Below, piece by piece: positions 8,776 to 18,876 of a stretch of DNA of 64,000 nt; positions within the stretch are counted from its first letter, which is position 1, and every line of letters starts with the position of its first letter. A model generated the notes under the pieces. The model was not told where the DNA came from, did no database searches, and saw only the letters and a program-made list of their open reading frames with translations. Both the position numbers and the translations under genes were made by a program. The stretch comes from a virus (taxonomy: Duplodnaviria > Caudoviricetes): the IMG/VR virus record IMGVR_UViG_3300031760_000028, positions 18,871-82,870 of that record, one strand, 5' to 3'.

Positions 8776-11287
8776 ATGAAAAGATTTAGTCCTCATAATC
8801 ATACAGAAATGTCGAACTTCCGTTTACTTGACTCAATTAATAAGCTTGAAGATTTAGTAAAAAGAGGTATAGATATAGGATTAGCGGGATTAGCTATTAC
8901 AGACCATGAAACAATAGCTAATTCTGTTCGTATTTGCCAACTTCAAGAAAAATATCCTGATTTTAAAATTGCAATAGGTAATGAGATATATTTAACTGAT
9001 ACAAGAGATAAAAGTCAGAAATATTATCACTTTATTTTAATTGCAAAGGATGCAGAAGGTCATCGACAGTTGCGCGAACTCAGTTCACAGGCATGGTTAA
9101 ACAGCTTTTATGATAAAGGAATTGAAAGAGTTCCTACATTAAAGAGCGAACTTAAAGATATAGTTGACCGCAATCCAGGACATTTAATTGCAACCTCCGC
9201 TTGTATAGGTGGGGAGCTATCTTCAAATATATTAAGTCTTTTAAATGCGCGAACAACTGGGGATAAAAACGGTGAAGTTGTAGCTTATAATAATATTATT
9301 AATTTTATTGATTTTTGTATAAAATTATTTAAAGATGATTTTTATATAGAGATAGCACCTGGTGCAAGCAAAGAACAGGTTGCCGCAAATAGAATGCTTG
9401 TAACTATTGCAAGAAAATATGGATTCAAAATAGTTATAGGTGATGACTCTCACTATTTAAGAAAAGAAGATAGATTTGTACATAAAGCATATCTTAACTC
9501 AAAAGAAGGAGATAGAGAAGTTGATGCATTTTATCAGTATGCATATTTACATGATGAAGAAGATTGTATAAAAGATTTAGCCCCAACATTCAAAGAGGAT
9601 ATACAAGCAACAGAGCTTTATTATCAGGTTTTATGTGCTAACAGTATGGATATGTTTAATAAAATAGAAATGTATGATATTCGTCATGCACAGACTATTC
9701 CATCTGTTGATGTTAAAGATTATCCTAAAAAAGAAAATTGTGGGATCGGCAAGCAGTTCCCAATATTAAGAGAAATGTATGTCTCTGATGATAAATATGA
9801 GAGATATTGGGTTAATGAATGTGTTCATAAGTTATATCAGTTAGAAAAAAATAATAACACATATTTTTCTGAACTTGAGCACGAAGCAAAAGTAAAGAAA
9901 ACGATAGGAGAAAAGCTTGGTACAAATATCTTTAAGTATCCTATCACTCTTCAGCATTATATTGATATGATGTGGGATTGCGGAAGCTTAGTTGGAGCGG
10001 GAAGAGGTTCATCCTGTGCTGGATTGAATCATTATCTTCTTGGTGTAACTCAGCTTGACCCTATTAAATGGAATCTTCCGTTCTTTAGATATTTGAACGT
10101 TGATAGATTAGAGCTTCCTGACATCGATCTCGACCTTTGTCCAAGCAAGCGTCCGCTCATCATGAAGAAGATTAAAGCGGAAAGAAGTCAGAAATTTGCG
10201 GAAGGTGTTAATCCAGAACTTGGAGCAACCTTTGTGACGACATTCGGAACAGAAACCGCAAAGTCAGCTATTCAAACTGCTTGCCGCGGGTATAGAAGTA
10301 CAGAATATCCTGATGGTATTGATTCAGATATAGGCACATATCTTGCGTCATTAGTTCCAGTAGAAAGAGGATTTAATTGGACAATCGCAGATATGGTTGA
10401 AGGAAATCCTGATAAAGGTCGTCAGCCAGTATCATTATTTATTAATGAAGTAAATCAATATCCAGGTTTGCTAGACATTATAAAAGGTATTGAAGGTCTT
10501 GTTAAGTCAAGGGGTATTCATGCATCAGGTGTTATTATGTTTGATGAAGATCCATTTGAGTTTGGATGTTTTATGAAGGCGCCAAATGGTGAGGTAGTAA
10601 CACAGTATGACCTTCATGATTGTGAAGCTGCGGGAATGACAAAATATGACTTTCTTTTAACTTCTGTGCAAGATATGTTATGTCAATCCATTAAGTTCTT
10701 ACAAGAGGATGGAAAACTTCCGCAAGATATGACACTTCGTGAAGTGTATGACAAGTATCTTCATCCTGAAGTACTTGATATAGAAGATAAAGCAACATGG
10801 GATAATATAGATAAAGCAAAAATATTAGCTTGCTTCCAGTTTGATAGTGATATTGGTAGCCAGGGTATTAAAAAGGTACAACCGCACGATATTCTTGAAT
10901 TAAGTAATACAAATGGTCTTATTCGTCTTATGGCTCCGGATGGAGAAGAAAATCCGATGGACAAATATATGAGATTTAAACGCAATCCAGGTGAATGGGA
11001 TAGAGAAATGATGCAATATGGTCTTACAGAAGAAGAGCAGATGGCGTTTAGAAAATATCTTAAAGTTTCATTTGGTATTGGTATATCACAGGAACAATTA
11101 ATGAAGGCGCTAATGGATGATGATATTTGCGGATTTAGTCTTAAAGATGCAAATGCCGCACGTAAGATTATAGGTAAAAAGCAGATGTCGAAAATTCCTG
11201 AACTGCGAACACAAATAAAAGAGCAGGCTAAAAGTGACGCAGTAGGAAGATATGTGTGGGATGCCATCGCGCGACCGCAATTAGGGT
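8776..11287 (+). CDS. dnaE: DNA polymerase III alpha (DnaE-type, family C), exon 1
   Basis: PHP domain (HNHT, TDH, GNE, DSHY), GAGRGSS, PDIDLD catalytic motif and HASG. Ends in ...CAA TTA GGG T at the 5' splice site. Confidence 0.9.
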
Positions 11288-12436
11288 AAACGAAGAAACT
11301 TGCCCTTAAACACCTTTTCCGCTTATCAGCGGGGTATTTAAAACTTTGGTCAAAGTTAATTAAATGCTAACGGGGAAAACTAAAATAACAATAGAGATAT
11401 AAAAAATATCCTTGTTGTTATCATGTCAATCCCGTGGGAAAGAATAAAGGATATGATAACAATAATATAATATTGGAGGTAGATTAAATGTATTATATTT
11501 ATTGTTACACAAATAAAATAAATAATCATAAATATGTAGGTCAAACAAATAACTTAAAAAGAAGAATTAGAGAACACAGTTCAGCAGCTTTTAATCCAAA
11601 TGCAAGTTCTTATAATGATTTAATTCATAAAAAAATTAGAGAATACGGGGAAGATAATTTTCAAATAGATATTCTTGAAAAAGGTTATACAAATGATATA
11701 AATATAATAAATGAAAAAGAACAATATTGGGTTGAAAAAATGAATTCTTACTGTGGTAATGGTCAGGGATATAATTCAGATCATGGCGGATGTAATAAAA
11801 ACCATAGTAAAAAATTAACTAATGAACAAATAATTGAAATAAAAAATAAATTAAAACAAGGAATATCTTTTATAGATATTGAAAAAGAATATAATATTAG
11901 TTCAAGTTTTATTTCAAGTATTAATCACGGAAACTATTTCTATGATGATAGAGAATCTTATCCATTAAGCAAATATTATAAAGAGGATAAAGATTATGAT
12001 GAACTCATAGATTTATTATTAAATTCTTCTTTAACATTAAATGATATAGCTAAACAATTAAATATAAGTTATGCAACAATTAAAAAAATTAATGCAGGAA
12101 CTTTAAGAAAAGGTTTATATCCAGATTACCCAATTAGAAAGATAACCGCAAATGAACAGAGAGCTAATAAAATAAAAGACCTACTTTTAACAACAACTTA
12201 TACAAATAAAGAGATTGCAAAAATCGTTAATTCTTCAGAAGAAACAGTAAGAAGAATTAATGTTGGACAAACTTTTAAAGATAATAATTTATCATATCCT
12301 TTAAGAAACCTGTAACGACTATCCCGAGTGAGATTGGGAGTACAACTGCTATTGATACGCAGTTGGAAATGGGTGTTCTATAATGAAATATTATAGTAAA
12401 AGATAGTCTACACCATTGGAAACAATGGATAATGTG
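11288..12436 (+). mobile_element. Group I intron in dnaE (1149 nt), endonuclease ORF in the P6 loop
   Basis: Exon ends in U and intron ends in G. IGS GCCCT pairs with exon AGGGT. P4 ACGGG/CCCGT; P7 GACTA (about 12317)/TAGTC (about 12404). Splicing restores QLG-Y-SFSDIHALAY. Confidence 0.9.
11488..12315 (+). CDS. Intron-encoded GIY-YIG homing endonuclease
   Basis: YIYCYTN...YVGQT...RRIREH motif followed by three HTH-like repeats. Confidence 0.85.
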   Translation: MYYIYCYTNKINNHKYVGQTNNLKRRIREHSSAAFNPNASSYNDLIHKKIREYGEDNFQIDILEKGYTNDINIINEKEQYWVEKMNSYCGNGQGYNSDHGGCNKNHSKKLTNEQIIEIKNKLKQGISFIDIEKEYNISSSFISSINHGNYFYDDRESYPLSKYYKEDKDYDELIDLLLNSSLTLNDIAKQLNISYATIKKINAGTLRKGLYPDYPIRKITANEQRANKIKDLLLTTTYTNKEIAKIVNSSEETVRRINVGQTFKDNNLSYPLRNL

Positions 12437-13860
12437 ACAGTTTTTCAGATATTCATGCTCTTGCATATAGTTTCATAGGTTATCAAACAGCATATATTGC
12501 AACTAAATGGAGTCCTATATATTGGGATACAGCAGTATTAGTTGTAAATAGTGGAAGTCTTGAAGAAAATGAAATTGATGATGATTTAGATTTAGAAGCA
12601 AAAGAAAAGAATTCAGATTATGCAAAAATAGCAAAGGCACTTGGTGAAATTATTGACCATGGTATTAAGGTATCTCTTGTAGATATTAATAAGTCCGATT
12701 ATGGATTTAAGCCAGATGTAGCAAACAACCAAATTTTATTTGGTTTAAAGGCATTAAGTGGCGTAAATGCGGAAATGATAGATATTATTAAGGCTGGTAG
12801 ACCTTATGCCAATATTAAAGACTTCATGGCTCATATCAAGATTAAAAAGCCAGCTATGGTTTCATTAATTAAGGGTGGCGCATTTGATAATATTGCAGAA
12901 CCGCTTGGTTGCGTGGATAAAGAAAAAGCAAGATTTTATAATATGGCATATTATTTATATCAAGCGAGTGAACCAAAACAGAAGTTAACTCTTCAGAACC
13001 TTAATGGTCTTATTCAAGAAGAAATGATTCCAGATAGTCTTGATTTTGAGAAGAGAGTCTATTATTTTAATAAGCATCTTGGTCAACATAAATGGATAGA
13101 TAGAAATACAAATATAGAGTATTATGTTATAGTTCCAAAAGAAGCATATGATTTTTATGCCCAGCATTTTAATATAGATTATATTGAAGTAAAAGATGGA
13201 GTTCCAATTATTCAGCAGAAAATATGGAAAAAAGAAATTTATGATGTTTATATGGATAAGGTTAGAACTTGGTTAAAGGAACATCATGATGAGACATTAT
13301 TTGAATATAATTCTATATTATTTAAAAAGACATGGAAAAAGTATACAAAAAAGAATAATCTTTCTGCATGGGAGATGGAATCATTATGTTTCTATTATCA
13401 CGAACATGAGTTAAAAAATCTCGATAAAAATAAGTATGGTATTAAGAATTTCTTTGATTATTCAACAGAACCGACTGTGGAAAGAACATTTAATCGCGGC
13501 GGGCGCAAGTTACCTATCTACGAATTATTTAGAATTGCAGGGACTGTTATTAGTAAGAATGATACACGTCATACAGTATCACTTTTAACAACAGAAGGTG
13601 TTGTTCCTGTTAAATTCACTAGAGATATGTATGCGATGTATAAGCGTCAGTTAAGTGAAGTTCAATCAGACGGTACAAAGAAAGTAACCGAAAAAGGTTG
13701 GTTTACACGTGGAACTATGCTTATTATAAATGGATTTAGAAAGGACGATATGTTCGTAGCTAAGAAGTATGCAAATACACAAGGACATACAATTTATAAG
13801 ATAGATGAAATAGATGAATATGGTAATGTTAAAATTGAGAATGAAAGAGGAGCAGCGTAA
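12437..13860 (+). CDS. dnaE: DnaE exon 2 (spliced protein 1311 aa)
   Basis: Open from AC AGT TTT TCA GAT ATT CAT GCT (HALAY..IGYQTAY) and in frame with track ORF 12775-13860; FGLKALSGV HhH and C-terminal OB fold. Exon lengths 2512+1424=3936 nt. Confidence 0.9.
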
Positions 13861-14414
13861 TGTATAGAATATTAGGATTTGTTGGTCCGAGTGGTTGTGG
13901 AAAAGACACAGCCACTCAATATATAGGAAACACAGAAGGTTTTCATGTGGTTACTCTCTGTACCACCCGCCCAAAAAGGGACACTGAAAAAGGTAATGAA
14001 TATCATTTTCTTGATCCAAGCGCATTTCTAACAAAGGTCTTAAATGGAGATATGCTTAATGCTCAAGAGTTCAGGGGATGGTATTATGGAGTAAGTAAAA
14101 AAGATTTAAGTGAAGATAGTATTAATGTTATGGCAATGAGTAATCTTATGGTAGATCAAATGATGGAGGAAAAATGCTCTGAAATTGAATTAATGCTAGT
14201 TTATATTGATGCTCCCGAAAAAGATAGACTAATGAATATTTTACAGAGAGAAAAAGATCCAGATTGTGCGGAAGTATGTAGAAGATTTTTAACAGATGAA
14301 AAGGATTATACATTAAACGCTCGCTTAAAGAACTCTTGCCGCTATATTATTAGTAATAACTATACAGATGACTTTTTTAATAGTATCATGTTAATTAAAA
14401 ATCTTTATTCTTAA
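13860..14414 (+). CDS. gmk: Guanylate kinase-like NMP kinase
   Basis: GPSGCGKDT P-loop, TTRPKR, EYHF and WYYG motifs. Confidence 0.85.
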   Translation: MYRILGFVGPSGCGKDTATQYIGNTEGFHVVTLCTTRPKRDTEKGNEYHFLDPSAFLTKVLNGDMLNAQEFRGWYYGVSKKDLSEDSINVMAMSNLMVDQMMEEKCSEIELMLVYIDAPEKDRLMNILQREKDPDCAEVCRRFLTDEKDYTLNARLKNSCRYIISNNYTDDFFNSIMLIKNLYS

Positions 14415-14419
14415 ATGAA

Positions 14420-14460
14420 GGTCTTTTTACTTTAATATTATTATAAATTTTTTCATATAT
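14420..14460 (+). promoter_or_regulatory. Putative phage-specific promoter, GGWCW-N30-ATATAT (nrdD copy)
   Basis: GGTCT at 14420-14424, 30 nt ending in a T-tract, ATATAT at 14455-14460; no TTGACA present. Same geometry at six other sites. Confidence 0.6.
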
Positions 14461-14500
14461 ATTATGACACTAAAATATATAATTAATTGTGGAGGTAACT

Positions 14501-16657
14501 ATGAAAAAAATTATAAAACGAGATAGTAGAGAGGTTGATTTTGATAAAAGCAAAATCAAAGATGCGGTATTAAAAGCTTTTAAATCCGTAGACGGTAAAG
14601 TGTCAGCCTACGCCATTACTAAAGCTGAAAATATTGCAGATTTTATTGAAAAGAGTATACAATTTCAAGACAAAAATTTAACAGTGGAAGAAATTCAAGA
14701 TTATGTAGAAAAAGGCTTAATGTCTATTAAGCGCAAAGATGTTGCAAAAGCATATATTCTTTATAGAAAGCAAAGGGATTATGCACGAAAGAATACTATT
14801 GATGATACAATAGACGAAATTATTGCTAACTCTAATAGCTATTGGACAAGTGAAAATTCTAATAAAGATTCTAAACTAGCAACTACTCAAAGAGATTATA
14901 TCGCAGGAGCAGTGTCTACTGACGCAACAAGACGAAGACTTCTACCCCCAGATATTGTGAAAGCACATGATGAAGGGCTTATACATTTTCATGATGCAGA
15001 TTATTTTATTCAGCCTATTCATAACTGTTGTTTAATTAATCTTGAAGATATGCTACAAAATGGTACAATTATTAGTAAAACAAAAATTGATAAGCCAAAG
15101 AAATTCTCAACTGCTTGTAATATTGCGACTCAGATCATAGCGCAAGTTGCAAGCTCGCAATACGGTGGTCAATCAATTAGTCTAGCACATTTGTCTCCAT
15201 TTATTAAAGAGACAAGAGAGAAGTATCAGAAGGAATTCCCATCTTTTACTAAAGAACAGATTGAACATTTAGTCAATATGGATATTGAGAGTGGTGTGCA
15301 AACAATTCAATATCAAATATTAACATTAATGACTACTAATGGGCAGACTCCATTCATAACAATTTATATGAATTTAGCAGAAGCGCCCGAAGGACAGGAA
15401 AGAGATGACTTAGCTAAATGTATAGAAGAAGTATTAAAGCAAAGAATACTAGGGGTAAAAAATGAGGCGGGAGTATATATTGCTCCAACCTTTCCTAAAT
15501 TAATTTATGCTTTAGATGATTTTAATATATACCCAAATAGCAAATATTTTTATTTAACTAAAATAGCCGCAGAGTGCGTTTCTAAAAGACTTGTTCCAGA
15601 CTTTATCTCTAATAAAGTTCAACGAGAATTAAAACAAGGTCAGACATATACTTGCATGGGGTGTAGAAGTTTCTTGACAAACGATAGAACCACAAAAAAC
15701 TATGCTAAAGCATTAAATTATAAAGAGGGACAGCAAAAATTCTATGGTCGATTCAATCAAGGAGTGGTTACTATTAACTTAGCCGATATTGCTTTATCTT
15801 CCCATAAGGATATAAATAAATTTTGGGAAATTTTTGATGAAAGATTAGAATTATGTCATAGAGCTTTGCAATGCCGCCACAAAAGATTAAAAGGAACTTT
15901 ATCAGATATTGCTCCAGTTTTATGGCAGCACGGGGCTTTAGCAAGATTAAAAAGTGGAGAAGCTATTGATGAATTACTTTATCATGGTTATTCTACTATT
16001 TCTCTTGGATACGCCGCTTTATATGAATGTGTATATTATATGACTGGGAAGTCTCATACAGACGAAGAGGCTAAGCCATTTGCTATTGAAATTATGCAGC
16101 ACTTAAATGATGCTTGTAATAAGTGGAAAGCAGAAGAAGATATTGATTATTCTGTTTATGGAAGTCCTATTGAATCTGTAACTTATAAATTTGCGAAATG
16201 CTTAAGAAAAAGATTTGGTATTATTCCAGAAATTACAGACCATGATTACATAACTAATTCATACCATGTAAACGTAAGAGAAAAAATTGATGCTTTTACC
16301 AAACTAGCTAAAGAAGCCGAGTTTCAAAAGCTAAGTCCAGGTGGCGCAATAAGTTATGCAGAAATACCAAATATGCAGCACAATCTTGATGCAGTTATTA
16401 CATTAATACAGTTTATCTATGAGAATATCATGTATGCTGAATTAAATACAAAAGCTGACTATTGCCATGTATGTGGATATAACGGTGAAATTCAAGTTAA
16501 AGGTACTCAAGGACATTATTATTGGGAATGTCCTAATTGCGGCAATAGAGATCAAAGTAAAATGACAGTCATAAGGAGAACTTGTGGATACATAGGCGGA
16601 AATTATTGGAATCAAGGTCGAACTGAAGAAATTGCAGAGAGAGTATTGCATTTATAA
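14501..16657 (+). CDS. nrdD: Anaerobic (class III) ribonucleoside-triphosphate reductase with ATP cone
   Basis: N-terminal IIKRD ATP cone, HFHD, NCC, MGCR, C-terminal CHVC/CPNC and RRTCGYIG glycyl-radical motif; GGAGG RBS before ATG 14501. Confidence 0.95.
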   Translation: MKKIIKRDSREVDFDKSKIKDAVLKAFKSVDGKVSAYAITKAENIADFIEKSIQFQDKNLTVEEIQDYVEKGLMSIKRKDVAKAYILYRKQRDYARKNTIDDTIDEIIANSNSYWTSENSNKDSKLATTQRDYIAGAVSTDATRRRLLPPDIVKAHDEGLIHFHDADYFIQPIHNCCLINLEDMLQNGTIISKTKIDKPKKFSTACNIATQIIAQVASSQYGGQSISLAHLSPFIKETREKYQKEFPSFTKEQIEHLVNMDIESGVQTIQYQILTLMTTNGQTPFITIYMNLAEAPEGQERDDLAKCIEEVLKQRILGVKNEAGVYIAPTFPKLIYALDDFNIYPNSKYFYLTKIAAECVSKRLVPDFISNKVQRELKQGQTYTCMGCRSFLTNDRTTKNYAKALNYKEGQQKFYGRFNQGVVTINLADIALSSHKDINKFWEIFDERLELCHRALQCRHKRLKGTLSDIAPVLWQHGALARLKSGEAIDELLYHGYSTISLGYAALYECVYYMTGKSHTDEEAKPFAIEIMQHLNDACNKWKAEEDIDYSVYGSPIESVTYKFAKCLRKRFGIIPEITDHDYITNSYHVNVREKIDAFTKLAKEAEFQKLSPGGAISYAEIPNMQHNLDAVITLIQFIYENIMYAELNTKADYCHVCGYNGEIQVKGTQGHYYWECPNCGNRDQSKMTVIRRTCGYIGGNYWNQGRTEEIAERVLHL

Positions 16658-16664
16658 ATATAAT

Positions 16665-16693
16665 TTGATTTTTTTGTTATTTTTTTGTATAAT
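16665..16693 (+). promoter_or_regulatory. sigmaA-type promoter
   Basis: TTGATT-17-TATAAT. Confidence 0.7.
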
Positions 16694-16721
16694 ATAAATA
16701 TAAAAATAAAGGAGAAAAAGA

Positions 16722-17102
16722 ATGGCTGAAAATATTAGTTTAGAGATTGGTAATTTATATGAAGCTAATAAACAATTAATTAAACAATATGAAAAACCGC
16801 TAACTCATCCTGAACTAGCAGCGAAACAAGAGGAACTTGAAGACTTCTTTGAAAATATTGTGCAATACGCTATGTTATTGTGTAATGAGCAAAAAGATTA
16901 TACTGTTTTTCATTTATCAAGAAGTATTACTTCACCACATTTTGCTGCGCGCGAAGCTTTAGGATGTTGCACAGATAGAGGAACTGTCTATTCAATAGAG
17001 AAAACTGAAGATGGTATAGCTTATGAAATTTGGATAGAGATAGATGGTAAAATGTACTGTTATTATCTTTTTCCTTATGACCAAGCAGTTATTGAATGTT
17101 AG
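16722..17102 (+). CDS. Phage hypothetical protein
   Basis: 126-aa ORF with AAGGAG RBS. Confidence 0.75.
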   Translation: MAENISLEIGNLYEANKQLIKQYEKPLTHPELAAKQEELEDFFENIVQYAMLLCNEQKDYTVFHLSRSITSPHFAAREALGCCTDRGTVYSIEKTEDGIAYEIWIEIDGKMYCYYLFPYDQAVIEC

Positions 17103-17116
17103 AGGGGGAGAAAGTA

Positions 17117-17404
17117 ATGATTAATTTAATAAGTTTCATCAGACCTTTCTCTATTGAACAAAAAATATTTATTAGAAACAGCGCGGTTCCTGATAAAATT
17201 AATATAGTTTCAACGAATTTATCTAAATATTCAGAAACTATTTTTGAACTTATTGAACAATATAAAGAAGAGCAACCAGACTTAACTTTATACGGACCGG
17301 TAAATTATTGTGATAAATTGCGACAGCAAATTGTTACAGAGAGTTTATCTAAATATAATAGAATGATACAAGTGACTTTAAAAAGTGAAAATGAGGTAGA
17401 ATAA
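17117..17404 (+). CDS. Hypothetical protein
   Basis: GGGGAG RBS before ATG 17117, in frame with the track ORF. Confidence 0.65.
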   Translation: MINLISFIRPFSIEQKIFIRNSAVPDKINIVSTNLSKYSETIFELIEQYKEEQPDLTLYGPVNYCDKLRQQIVTESLSKYNRMIQVTLKSENEVE

Positions 17405-17408
17405 AAAT

Positions 17409-17648
17409 ATGAAGTATTTAACACAGATAGTGGAAACATACAGAGTTGATGATGAAGAGATGGTCTTAGAGATGATAGAAGAGGCTAAGAAGGATAAGCG
17501 CTTTACTCTAATCAAGCACACTTCTCAGTATAAAGAAAAGAAAGCAAAGGGAGAAGTTATTGATTGCTGGTATAAAGTAAGTTTAACTAAGCAGTTCTGT
17601 GACGAAAAGGAACCTGATGCAACAGTTACTATTGAATATAAGGAGTAA
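17409..17648 (+). CDS. Hypothetical protein
   Basis: 79-aa ORF with GAGG RBS. Confidence 0.75.
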   Translation: MKYLTQIVETYRVDDEEMVLEMIEEAKKDKRFTLIKHTSQYKEKKAKGEVIDCWYKVSLTKQFCDEKEPDATVTIEYKE

Positions 17649-17658
17649 GGATTACTAT

Positions 17659-18114
17659 ATGAATAGTTTCATTTTTGATTGTCCAATAGAAATAAAAAAG
17701 TTATCGAATACTGCAATTATACCTACAAAAGGGAGTGAATATGCGGCGGGTCATGATTTATATGCAGATTTAAAAGAAGCAATTCAAGTAAATCCGGGTG
17801 ATACTTTAAAGATACCTACGGGAATAGCTATGGCTATTCCTAATGGCTACTTTGGAGCTATATATGCGCGCTCTGGGCTTGCTACTAAACAGGGACTCGC
17901 TCCTGCAAATAAAGTTGCGGTGATCGATTCTGATTACAGAGGAGAACTTATAGTCGTATTATATAATCAAAGTAATGTACCACAAATAGTGCATCCCGGA
18001 GATAGAATCGCTCAATTAATTATTCAACCTTACATTGATTATGATGTTAAAATAGTTGAGGAATTAAATTCTACTGAACGCGGAGACGGAGGATTTGGTC
18101 ATAGTGGAAAATAA
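17659..18114 (+). CDS. dut: Trimeric dUTPase
   Basis: AGHDL, ARSGLA, VIDSDYRGE, GDRIAQL and RGDGGFGHSG (motifs 1-5). Confidence 0.95.
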   Translation: MNSFIFDCPIEIKKLSNTAIIPTKGSEYAAGHDLYADLKEAIQVNPGDTLKIPTGIAMAIPNGYFGAIYARSGLATKQGLAPANKVAVIDSDYRGELIVVLYNQSNVPQIVHPGDRIAQLIIQPYIDYDVKIVEELNSTERGDGGFGHSGK

Positions 18115-18115
18115 C

Positions 18116-18146
18116 AAGAAGAGCTGGCGCGAGTCAGCTCTTTTTT
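18116..18146 (+). terminator. Intrinsic terminator
   Basis: GAAGAGCTG-loop-CAGCTCTTT stem followed by a T-run. Confidence 0.8.
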
Positions 18147-18254
18147 ATTTACAACTGCCAATTATCATTTAATTTTAACTGCAAATATCATCAAGATGAT
18201 AATTGATTCATTCGTTTTAAAAAATCATTGATTAGATTTTAGCACTTCCCGCAC

Positions 18255-18283
18255 TTGACAAGAATAAAAAATTTTGATATACT
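18255..18283 (+). promoter_or_regulatory. sigmaA-type promoter of ruvC
   Basis: TTGACA-17-TATACT with extended TG. Confidence 0.75.
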
Positions 18284-18310
18284 GGATGTAGATAAGGAGG
18301 TATATAAACC

Positions 18311-18838
18311 ATGAGTGATATATATACTATAGCTATTGATGCCAGCACGAAATCAAGTGGAGTAGCTATTTTTAAAAATCAACAATTAATTCAATATGAA
18401 TGCATCATTCAGTCATCAAAAGATGTTTTATTTAGAATTAAAAATATGACTAGCGCAATAGAATCAATATATAATATTTACAAAGATAATGAAACCCAAA
18501 TTATAATGGAACAAATTATTCCGGATAATTTGAATGAAGTAGAAGAATGGACTAAAAACCAACAGACATTTAGGGTATTATTTTATCTACAAGCGGCAAT
18601 AGTGCTAATGTTTCATAATTATAATAAAACAGTTGAATTCATAGGAGCTTCATCGTGGCGAAAAAAGTGTGGAATTAAACAAGGCGGGGTAAAGCGAGAT
18701 ACATTAAAGATGAGAGATGTGCAATTTGTGCAAAACGCTTATAATATTTCAGTTAATGACGATATAGCGGATGCTATATGTATAGGTCATTCTAAAGTAA
18801 ATACGATACCTGTACCGCCACCATTTAATTGGGAATAA
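18311..18838 (+). CDS. ruvC: RuvC-like Holliday junction resolvase
   Basis: IAIDASTKSSG, IIMEQ and DDIADAICI RNase H-fold catalytic residues. Confidence 0.8.
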   Translation: MSDIYTIAIDASTKSSGVAIFKNQQLIQYECIIQSSKDVLFRIKNMTSAIESIYNIYKDNETQIIMEQIIPDNLNEVEEWTKNQQTFRVLFYLQAAIVLMFHNYNKTVEFIGASSWRKKCGIKQGGVKRDTLKMRDVQFVQNAYNISVNDDIADAICIGHSKVNTIPVPPPFNWE

Positions 18839-18876
18839 AAATAAGGGAGATGTATAATTACATCTCCCTTATTTTT
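18839..18876. terminator. Bidirectional terminator between the convergent blocks
   Basis: AATAAGGGAGATGTA...TACATCTCCCTTATT inverted repeat with A/T runs on both sides. Confidence 0.85.
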
